A DNA stretch of 64,000 nucleotides from Planctomycetota bacterium (GTDB lineage: Bacteria > Planctomycetota > UBA8108 > SXIK01), in contig OZ244999.1 in NCBI GenBank assembly GCA_965223265.1, forward strand, positions 2,400,001 through 2,464,000. The letters are read 5' to 3'. The translations under genes and the position numbers were made by a program. Shown piece by piece: positions 41,083-49,099 of the stretch. The notes below the pieces were generated by a model. It made no database searches and was not told the origin of the DNA. It was given only the letters and a program-made list of their open reading frames with translations. Position 1 is the first letter of the stretch, and every line of letters begins with the position of its first letter.

Positions 41083-41482
41083 TACCCTTGTCGAAGTGAT
41101 CGCCGGGCTCGGTTTGCTCGGGACGCTTCTCGTCGCTCTCGTTCTGGCGCGCTCCCGGCTGCTGGAGCAGAATGCGCTCGCGCAAAAAAAGATGGACGCC
41201 GCCGCCGTCGCCGAACGTCTGCTTGCGAGTTGGTGGACGAGCGGCGAGCCCATGCCACGAGAGGAGAGGGGTGAGGCGGATGGGCACCGCTGGCAGACGC
41301 GAGTTGTGTCGAACGATGCGCTGCGCGCCTGCGACGGAGAAATCCTTCGCCTCGAGCTGCTTGCGCAGACACCAGCACTCAGCGGTGACCCACTCGTGGC
41401 GGTGGAAATCGCCCTCCCGCGCCCCGAGGCGGACGCGAAAGACTCCAATGCAACTGGAGTGCGAACAGGAGTCGTTCGATGA
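41039..41482 (+). CDS. Minor pseudopilin (GspI-like)
   Basis: RG|STLVEVIAGLGLL variant prepilin motif; ATG at 41039 within the 40607 ORF. Confidence 0.75.
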   Translation: MNKRSARSFDSWRGSTLVEVIAGLGLLGTLLVALVLARSRLLEQNALAQKKMDAAAVAERLLASWWTSGEPMPREERGEADGHRWQTRVVSNDALRACDGEILRLELLAQTPALSGDPLVAVEIALPRPEADAKDSNATGVRTGVVR

Positions 41483-42234
41483 GAAGAGCCGCACCGGGTT
41501 TCACACTCATCGAAGTCCTCCTAGCTGCAACCTTGAGCTTGCTCCTCCTCGCGGCGCTCATGCCGCTGGTCGGCTTGACGGCTCGCGATGCACGCGCTGC
41601 GCTCGAATCGAGTCAGAGGCGGGAGCCGCGCTGGGTGAGCGCCGCGGTGGAGGGGTTGCGGGCGGATCTTGAGAACGCGCGTCGGATGGCGGTGAGCCCC
41701 GGTGTGCTGCGTCTTCTGAGTTTTCGTAGCCTTGACGGTGAGTCGACGCGAAATGGTTCCCTGCGGGAGGAGCACGACCTGGTGTTCATCTCGTACGTCC
41801 GCCTGGCCGGCGGCTGGCTGGTGCGTTGGGAGCGTCGTGCGGGTGCGCAAGCGACTGGCGGTGATTTCATCGAGATTGTCGCTGGTGGTATTCGACACTT
41901 CCAGGTGAGCGATGCTGAACAGGAGGTCCTTCGTTCTGCAGACGGAGTCGCTAACGCGCGGCGCGCGAGCGGAACGCGCAGCGACGGCGGCCCTCTCTCA
42001 CGGCGGCGCGGTGGAACTCGAGGGGCGCTTGATCTACACGCCGACACATTCGCTGAACTGGACTCGTCGCCTGACGAGTGGCAGCCGATGCCAGACGCGC
42101 TTCTCGTGTGGCTTGAGTTCACACGCGACCGCGACGCAGCGAGCGGACGCGTGTCGGCGATGGCTCGTCGGCCTGGATCTCCTGAAGTCGAGTCCACACA
42201 TGTCGTCACCGAACACGTGATCGTTCTGAGGTGA
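41479..42234 (+). CDS. Minor pseudopilin (GspJ-like)
   Basis: PG|FTLIEVLLAATL and LRADLENA; ATGA coupling to the previous gene. Confidence 0.8.
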   Translation: MRRAAPGFTLIEVLLAATLSLLLLAALMPLVGLTARDARAALESSQRREPRWVSAAVEGLRADLENARRMAVSPGVLRLLSFRSLDGESTRNGSLREEHDLVFISYVRLAGGWLVRWERRAGAQATGGDFIEIVAGGIRHFQVSDAEQEVLRSADGVANARRASGTRSDGGPLSRRRGGTRGALDLHADTFAELDSSPDEWQPMPDALLVWLEFTRDRDAASGRVSAMARRPGSPEVESTHVVTEHVIVLR

Positions 42235-43310
42235 TAAGGATGCGAACAGTGCCGGGACGAAAAGATCTCGATCACCACCAGCGAGGATACGCGCTTCTCC
42301 TGGCGCTCTTCATGGTCGTGCTCATGGCGTTTTCGATCGCCGGCTTAGCACGAGCCAGCCTCGCAGCGGCGCTGGACGCCCAGCGAGTTGAGTCAGACCT
42401 CCGGCGTCGCTGGGCGACGCTCAGTTCGCGGCGCCTGCTCGCGGCGCAGCTGCCGGAGCTCCTGGACGAGGAGTTCTTGCGTTACCACGACGAGCAAGTG
42501 AAAGCGTCGAAGAGTCGATCGCAAGCGGCGGTGCGGCATCGGCGTCCGCCGCCGACCGCGCTCGTCGGTTCCTTCCAGCTCGGCGGCCAACACGTCGAGT
42601 TTCGTTTCGCGGACGAGGAGGCGAAGGTGAACTTGAACACCCTTTCATCTTCGGTGGACTCTGAACGCGAACTGGAGCGGCGTGCTGAGAACCTGCTGGC
42701 CGGACGCGATTTTGGACTCTCAGTTAACCTTCAGCCACACTCGGAATTCGAGCGTGAGCAGCTGAAGATTCCGCCTTACACCCACCTAGGCCAGGTGGTC
42801 GCGACCGTGACGCCCGCCGCTTTGGTGTTCGGAGACGGTGGTGATCACGACGTGCCCGCTCTCGCGACCGAGAGCTCGGGCCAAACGCCTTCGTCGCAGC
42901 GAACTGGCGTGGCCGCTGAGCGGACCAGCGCACAGTCTCCTTTCCTTGTTTCGCCGTCTCCGGCCGTACCGCCCGCGCCGCTTGATCGTGTGACGCTTTG
43001 GGGGACGGGAAGGCTCCGTCTGCAGCGAGCTGCAGATGTTTCCGTAGAAACGCTACTGAAAAAGAAGCTGCGCCCTGAAAAGCTCGCCGCCTTCTTGGCG
43101 GCACGGCGTTCGTCGCCCAGTGCGCTTTCCGCCGCACTCGCGCACCGCGTCGCGCTCAGCGTTGAGGAGCACCATGCCGTACGTCGTCTTCTCAGTGACC
43201 GCGACGATACGTACTCGCTTTGGCTGCGTGTGTCGGGCGCGCGCCGAGCGTCGTCTTCCTTGTCTTTGCATCGCCGCCGCGGTGGCGAGGTCGAAATCTT
43301 TTCATGGTGA
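42231..43310 (+). CDS. gspK: Minor pseudopilin GspK-like
   Basis: RG|YALLLAL (no Glu5, as in GspK) and the DEEAKVNLN motif. Confidence 0.78.
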   Translation: MIRMRTVPGRKDLDHHQRGYALLLALFMVVLMAFSIAGLARASLAAALDAQRVESDLRRRWATLSSRRLLAAQLPELLDEEFLRYHDEQVKASKSRSQAAVRHRRPPPTALVGSFQLGGQHVEFRFADEEAKVNLNTLSSSVDSERELERRAENLLAGRDFGLSVNLQPHSEFEREQLKIPPYTHLGQVVATVTPAALVFGDGGDHDVPALATESSGQTPSSQRTGVAAERTSAQSPFLVSPSPAVPPAPLDRVTLWGTGRLRLQRAADVSVETLLKKKLRPEKLAAFLAARRSSPSALSAALAHRVALSVEEHHAVRRLLSDRDDTYSLWLRVSGARRASSSLSLHRRRGGEVEIFSW

Positions 43311-43313
43311 GAC

Positions 43314-43811
43314 ATGCGCGTTGAAACCTTGAGTCGACTCTGCTGGAGCGGTAGCTGCACACTGACGTTGCTCGGCGGCGCGGCGATCTGGTATGCCTTC
43401 GCTCGACCACTCGACCTGCCGCCGCAGGGTAAACAGACGACCGCCGAAGTCGTGCCCGTGGCAAGCGAAGTGAGCCGCGAAGAGCCTGAGCTTGAAGCAC
43501 TCCTGGCAGCGTGCAGGGTGCCGCTGCGCAGGCCGATTTTCGACCCACCGCCGCCGTTACCGCCCGCGCCGCCGCCGAAGATCGTGAGACCACCGCCGCC
43601 TGTGAAACTCCTTGGCACCGTCCTTGGCAGCGGCGAACCCATGGCGATGATCGCCGACGCCAGTGGTGCGGTTGAGTTCAAGAAGGTTGGCGACGGCATC
43701 GGCGCGAAAGACAGCCAGGCGGTAATTGCCGCGATCGAGGCCTCCAGGGTCGAAGTCGCGCACGAGGGACGCACGATCGAACTGCGGATCGAAGGAAAGG
43801 AAAAACGCTGA
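43314..43811 (+). CDS. GspC/PilP-like periplasmic HR-domain protein
   Basis: TM helix, Pro-rich linker, LLGTV....MAMI...G.V....GD.I....I.AIE...V. Confidence 0.6.
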   Translation: MRVETLSRLCWSGSCTLTLLGGAAIWYAFARPLDLPPQGKQTTAEVVPVASEVSREEPELEALLAACRVPLRRPIFDPPPPLPPAPPPKIVRPPPPVKLLGTVLGSGEPMAMIADASGAVEFKKVGDGIGAKDSQAVIAAIEASRVEVAHEGRTIELRIEGKEKR

Positions 43812-45310
43812 TGCGAAGATCTCCGTTTGTCCTTTCTCTCGAGACCGCGACGAGCGGTGTGGGATGCGTTCGCGCGTCGTGTCTACGCGATGGCGAAGTT
43901 GAGGCAGCGGAGCGCGCTGGCAGCCAGGCGACAGATGAGCACGCTGCTGCAGCGGCTACGCTCTTGCGCGAGCTCGGTTGGAAGAGTGAGCCTTTGATTC
44001 TTGTGCTTTCGTCGCGGGAGTGTCTGAGTGCACGCGTCGAGATTCGCGACTTGCCGGAGCGGGGTCGTGAGCGCCTTCTGCTCTATCGGTTGGAGGAAAA
44101 GTTGCCACTGACGGCTGAGGAGGTCGCAGTTGACTTCGTCACGTGCGACGAATGTGCTGTCGGTGTGGCGGTCGAGGCCGAGCGATGGGCAGAGTTCCTC
44201 GCCCAGCTCGAAGCTCGGGGGATCTTTGTCGAGCAGATCGTCCCGGCGGCGTTCCTCACGCTCTGCGGAGAACAGTCCGTCAACGACAGAAGTGAGTTCA
44301 CGGGTGCCGTAGTTTCGTCAGGCGGTGACTCCGCCGACGTGTTCGCGTTCAACACCGGGAGACTCATCGCATGGAGGCACTTGGTCGGCGAACTGGAGGA
44401 GGCCCTCAAAGTGACTCTACGGCAGCTGGCACTGGAAGCAGAGGCGCCGCGAGGCAGCGACGGTGAAGTCAGGCGGTCACAATCGAACGGCGACCACACG
44501 GACAGTTCGTATCGCGTTCGGTTCTTCGATCCGCCGGAGGGAGTGACAGCTGCTCTCGGGGACCTGCCCGAGATAGCAGTCGAGACCGACGCGGCGGACT
44601 CGCGCCAAAAGACGCTCCTTTCGGGAGCGGCGCGCAGCCTGGCTCGCGGTGTCCCGTGGGCGTTGAACTTGCGGCGGGGGCCGCTCGCACCCGCGGATCC
44701 ATTCCGCCGCGCGCGGTTGCCGGCACGAGTTGCCGCGCTCGCCGCGCTCGTCTTCGTCGTCTGTCTGAATGTAGCACTCATCGTCCGCGCACGTGCCTAC
44801 GACACGGCCGCAACAAGCGCACGAGATCGCGTCGCCCAGGTCTACCGCACGGCGTTTCCCGACGAAGCATCTCGCTCCCTACCGACGAGTGTTGAGCGTC
44901 GCATGGAGAGCCGAGCACGTGAATTGGAAGGACTGCGAGGCGTTGCAGCTAGTCCCGAGAAGAGGCCACCCTCGATGGAGAGAGTCTCCGCGTTGAGCGC
45001 TCTGGTTGACGTGACGAATGGACTCCGCGGCGACGTGCGATTTGCGCTGTTCGCGCTGCGGATCGAAGGGGAGAACGTGTCCCTGCGCGGACGGACTCGG
45101 AGTCACGGCGACGCCGACCGCCTCGCAACAAGTCTCCGACAAGAGGGACGCTTGGCCGTCGACCCGCCGGTGACAGAGATTCTGCAGGCGCAGGGCGTAG
45201 GTTTTGCGCTCGCTGCGAAGCGCGTCCATGCGGCGTCTGAAGGGGAGAGCGCACACCTTTTCCCGACGCGAGAGACGAGAGAACAGCCCCGCGGCGGAGG
45301 TCATCCATGA
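43811..45310 (+). CDS. gspL: GspL-like assembly platform protein
   Basis: Actin-like cytoplasmic part (LLYRLEEKLP..EEV..D), NLRRGPLA before the TM helix, and periplasmic YRTAFP. Confidence 0.75.
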   Translation: MRRSPFVLSLETATSGVGCVRASCLRDGEVEAAERAGSQATDEHAAAAATLLRELGWKSEPLILVLSSRECLSARVEIRDLPERGRERLLLYRLEEKLPLTAEEVAVDFVTCDECAVGVAVEAERWAEFLAQLEARGIFVEQIVPAAFLTLCGEQSVNDRSEFTGAVVSSGGDSADVFAFNTGRLIAWRHLVGELEEALKVTLRQLALEAEAPRGSDGEVRRSQSNGDHTDSSYRVRFFDPPEGVTAALGDLPEIAVETDAADSRQKTLLSGAARSLARGVPWALNLRRGPLAPADPFRRARLPARVAALAALVFVVCLNVALIVRARAYDTAATSARDRVAQVYRTAFPDEASRSLPTSVERRMESRARELEGLRGVAASPEKRPPSMERVSALSALVDVTNGLRGDVRFALFALRIEGENVSLRGRTRSHGDADRLATSLRQEGRLAVDPPVTEILQAQGVGFALAAKRVHAASEGESAHLFPTRETREQPRGGGHP

Positions 45311-45834
45311 GCGACACTCCGAGAAGGCGTTGGCGTTGGCTCTGGGCTCTTCTGGTTGGGCTCTTGGTCACGGGGTGGAGCTACGTTGAGCTCGCCGGCG
45401 CGGCGGCCCGCGCCACATCCAACCTTCGCGAGCTCAAAGGTTGCCAGCGATTGGCAGCAAGAATTTCTGGTTTGCGCGAACGACCCGAAGTGGCGGAGCG
45501 CCGCGAGCTCGAGGCGAGTGAGCTCACTGCGCGGATCGAAGAGGCGGCTGCGCGAGCGGGCATCGGCACGGAGCAGCTGCTGCGGATCGAGCCGGGGCCG
45601 GCGCGGCGGCTTGGTGAGAGTGCCTACCGGGAGAAGCCGACACGCGTCGAGCTCGGGCGGCTCAAGTTGGAGGCGCTTGTGAGATTCCTGCACGACCTGG
45701 TGGCGCAGGGGAGCTCGCTTATGGTGACGGATCTGAGAATCGAGGCACCGCATGGTGACGAGGAGGGCGAGGATTGGACGGCTGAGGCGACGTTGAGCTA
45801 TCTCGTCTATGACCCGAAGGTTGCGAAGGAATGA
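45307..45834 (+). CDS. GspM-like protein
   Basis: TM helix, coiled coil and ferredoxin-like C-terminus (LVRFLHDL...L.VTDLRI); follows gspL. Confidence 0.65.
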   Translation: MSDTPRRRWRWLWALLVGLLVTGWSYVELAGAAARATSNLRELKGCQRLAARISGLRERPEVAERRELEASELTARIEEAAARAGIGTEQLLRIEPGPARRLGESAYREKPTRVELGRLKLEALVRFLHDLVAQGSSLMVTDLRIEAPHGDEEGEDWTAEATLSYLVYDPKVAKE

Positions 45835-46014
45835 GTGCAAGAGTGATGCGTGCGTCGGCTCGCACGCCGAGAGTGAGTTTTGAGATTGCACCGGCGGAGG
45901 CCAGGACGAAGCCGGGTCGCGTGTCGACGAGGCTCTTTTCTGCGGACTCTACCGAGACCCACACTCGCCGTTTTCTGTCGCGCCTTGGTCCGACGCTGTG
46001 AAGGAGGAAGTTTC

Positions 46015-46689
46015 GTGAGAGCGATCAAGAATTCGCCGGCAGGCCTACGTTCCGCGCGAGGGTTGTGGCGCGCAGTAGGAACCTCGATCACACACATCCT
46101 GTGGATCGTTGTGGTGGGTCTCTTCGGCGTGCAGGGCTGCGCAGGGCCTGAAGCGACTGGAGGAGAGACGTACGCCACCGTGGAAGTTGACGTGGAACGA
46201 AGGACGGAGACCGCGAGGCAGCAGAACGCGAGGGCGGCGGAGCTCGTACGGGGCGGCGAGTACGACGAGGCGGAGACGCTGCTGAAGGAGGCGCTGACGG
46301 CGGACGTGGCGTTTGGTCCGGCTCACAACAATCTCGGCAAGGTGTACTTTCAAACGGGCAGGCTCTATCTGGCGGCGTGGGAATTTCAATACGCGGCGAA
46401 GCTCATGCCGCACCATCCAGGCCCGAAGAACAACCTGGGGCTCGTGTTCGAGCGCGTCGGAAAGTACGACGACGCGGTCGCGCAGTACGAGGGCGCCCTC
46501 GGGATCGAGGCGGACAACCCGGAGTTCTTAGGCAACTTGGCGCGCGCGAGAGTGCGTCGAGGCGATCGCGGCGGTGAGGTGGCGGACCTCCTCGAGGACG
46601 TCGCGCTCAAGGACACGCGGCCCGAGTGGGTGGCGTGGGCGAGGGAGCGACTGCACACGCTTGAGCGCAAAGAGACGCAAAAAAAGTAG
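46015..46689 (+). CDS. TPR lipoprotein (PilF/PilW-like candidate pilotin)
   Basis: GTG start with AAGGAGG RBS, lipobox VQG|C, and TPR motifs AHNNLG and KNNLG. Confidence 0.75.
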   Translation: MRAIKNSPAGLRSARGLWRAVGTSITHILWIVVVGLFGVQGCAGPEATGGETYATVEVDVERRTETARQQNARAAELVRGGEYDEAETLLKEALTADVAFGPAHNNLGKVYFQTGRLYLAAWEFQYAAKLMPHHPGPKNNLGLVFERVGKYDDAVAQYEGALGIEADNPEFLGNLARARVRRGDRGGEVADLLEDVALKDTRPEWVAWARERLHTLERKETQKK

Positions 46690-47184
46690 CAGGCACGCTC
46701 CGCGTGCCGTCTGTTTGATTCTCCGACTACAGAAAGCCGGGTGTGCATGCCACCGGCTCACCAAACAGAGAAATCTGAGAATTGATTCTAGCACATTCGC
46801 AAAAACCTACCTTAGTAAGATAGGAGCGCAGAGTTTTTGTTAGTAGGCGGGCGGAGGGAGGTTGACCGAAACTCCGATATCTTCGGTCTTCGAAAAAGTA
46901 GCAGGCACACTCCGTGTGCCGTCTTCTCTTGTCTCTTCTCCTCTTCTCCGGCTGCAGCGCACTGAACGTGCCTGCCACCTTGGTTCGCCAAATGGAAGAA
47001 ATCTGAGAATTGATCCTAGCACATTCAAAAAAACGTACCTTAGTAAGATAGACATTCAAAGTTTTTGAGAGCGGATCGAGATATCAAGTCAGGAGTCGAG
47101 AAGGATTTCAATCATCCCAGGGATTCTGTGAAAAAGATCAAAAACCGTCTAGCACATCTGAAAAAACCTACCTTAGTAAGGTAG
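46681..47184 (+). repeat. Tandem duplication of a REP-doublet plus promoter-like unit, with a third copy of the motif
   Basis: GTAGCAGGCACRCTCCGYGTGCCGTC at 46686 and 46898; CTAGCACAT-N9-CSTACCTTAGTAAGRTAG at 46788, 47016 and 47149. Confidence 0.85.
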
Positions 47185-47545
47185 CGCGTACAGTTGACAG
47201 GCTCACAGCGAGCCGGCGCCAGAGCGCGGCGGGAATGGCAGAAACTTCGCGTGCGAAAGAGAGAACGCATCGATCCTGAGGCTCACGCCTCGAGAGACAT
47301 CTCAAGGAACCCACGGAAAACTGAACCAATCGGCGGGAGAGGAAAAAGGCGATCAAATGCTCAGTTCGAAAGCAGCAGTTGACAACACGTCGTAGCTCGC
47401 CCGTCGAGCGGTAGCGCTTGCGGCGCCGCGGTGGAAGTAGCCGTGGCGCCGAAGCGAGGACAACACGGCAGTCGTTCAGGCCCGCGTGGGCAGTGCCCGC
47501 TCGGGGCTTCAAAAAAGAGCCTCTTCGGAGGTGCGGGAGGATTCT

Positions 47546-49027
47546 ATGCCTATTTCGCGGCTTTTACTTTGTGCGGTCGGACTTTTCGGCGTCGGTGCGG
47601 TGCTCTTTTTGACCTTACGCTCGCCAGCGGCGTCGCAGGAGTTCCAGCAGATCACGAAGGATCAGTACGAAGAGGAGCTCAGATCGGCTCCGTACGCCGG
47701 CCGTCTTGCCCGCGCCCGTGAGGTGCTGCTTGGAACGAGCGACGCGGAGGTCGCGGTCAAGGCGCTGCGGGAACTGCGCGACGTCTCCAAGGAGCTCGGG
47801 CGTGAAGACGAAGCACTCGAGGCCGTGGAAGCTTTTCTCGCCCAGGAGCCCGAAGGGAGCGTACTCTACCAAGACGCCCACTACGTCAAGGCGCGGCTGC
47901 TTTTTAGAAGCGGCGAGACCGACGCGGCCCGGGCGCTCTTCGCTCAAGGAAGCACCAGCGGCTGGACGCCGTACGACCGCGAAGATCCCTTCGAGGCGCT
48001 CAAAGACACGCTCTACCAAAGTGACGTTGCCAGCTACGCGGTGGAGAACTGTAACCGCGCCCTCACCGACGAAGCGTGGTATGAGCGTGAGGGCGATTAC
48101 CTGAAGATCCTCGGCATCAATCTTCTTTGGAGGGCACGCCGAAGCGGCGAGACCTTCGCCGAGCGCGACGTCCTGCCAAACTTAGGCGAGCGCACCGACG
48201 CGCCGCACCATCGCCAAGCAGCGAAGGTCGTCTGCATGATCGCCGACGGGCGCTACGCCGAGGCGCGCGATGAGATCGGCGTGCTCGAGCGCCAGCTCGC
48301 CGGTGTGCATTCGGCAGCTGCGGGGGACACGCAGGGGTACTTCCGCGCCAACGAGAAGCGTAACGTGCCGCTCTACATGGCGGCAGTTCTACTCCTCGAG
48401 GGACGCGACCTCTCCGGCGCGCGCGCCGCGATGGGCGACTTCTACGCGCTTAACACCGACCGCGCTGAGTACGTGCGCGAGCGACTCATGCGCCTTGTCT
48501 TCACGCTCGAAGGCGGCGGGGCGTCGCCGTATCGGCGCGCCTCGGCGGCGACGTCGTTTCTCATCGACAGCGGCTTCACTTCGGACCCGTCGATTCTCTC
48601 TCAGTTCGCGCCGAGCTCGCACCTCTGGATCCTCGACCACCAGCTGATCTCGCTCTTTCACCAGCGGCGCTGGGACGAGGCCGTAAGTGTCGCCGAGGAA
48701 ATGGCAGCGCAGTACGACCCAGACGACATGGCGGCCAACAACGGCCTCTACACGCTGGGGCTGATCCACCTGCGTGAAGGGCGCCCCAGCGAAGCGGAGG
48801 CGGCATTTCAGCGTCAGATCGCAGCCGAGACGCCGGCGCGCTGGGAGCGTGCGGCGAAGGCCAAGCTTGCCGAGACCTGGATTGCACTCGAGAAGCCTGC
48901 CTCCGAGGTCCTGGGCCTCACAGCCAATCTCTTGGAACAAGCGTCGCCTGAGGAGGCGAGCTTCTATGGATACGGTCGGAGCATTCACCGCGCTGGGCGT
49001 TATGCGGCTCAAAAGAGTGAGGGATGA
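47546..49027 (+). CDS. Exported or membrane-anchored TPR-like helical protein
   Basis: ATG 47546 with GGAGG RBS, N-terminal hydrophobic segment, TPR-like repeats (LYTLGLIHLREG...AEAAFQ). Confidence 0.7.
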   Translation: MPISRLLLCAVGLFGVGAVLFLTLRSPAASQEFQQITKDQYEEELRSAPYAGRLARAREVLLGTSDAEVAVKALRELRDVSKELGREDEALEAVEAFLAQEPEGSVLYQDAHYVKARLLFRSGETDAARALFAQGSTSGWTPYDREDPFEALKDTLYQSDVASYAVENCNRALTDEAWYEREGDYLKILGINLLWRARRSGETFAERDVLPNLGERTDAPHHRQAAKVVCMIADGRYAEARDEIGVLERQLAGVHSAAAGDTQGYFRANEKRNVPLYMAAVLLLEGRDLSGARAAMGDFYALNTDRAEYVRERLMRLVFTLEGGGASPYRRASAATSFLIDSGFTSDPSILSQFAPSSHLWILDHQLISLFHQRRWDEAVSVAEEMAAQYDPDDMAANNGLYTLGLIHLREGRPSEAEAAFQRQIAAETPARWERAAKAKLAETWIALEKPASEVLGLTANLLEQASPEEASFYGYGRSIHRAGRYAAQKSEG

Positions 49028-49099
49028 ACAGGCCGGAGGAGAGTTCGAGCGAGTGATGAGCGAATCGTTAAGGACAGAACACTGAAGAATTCGAGTCTC

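Noticed and set aside
46681-47184. Possible CRISPR array (three ~36-nt repeats)
   Set aside because: Spacing is 228 and 133 nt, the spacers are partly homologous to each other, and there are no cas genes.
47226-47300. c-di-GMP-I riboswitch-like sequence (GGCAGAAAC...GAAA...ACGCA)
   Set aside because: The stems and the conserved GCAAA/receptor elements do not fit; an Infernal search would be needed.
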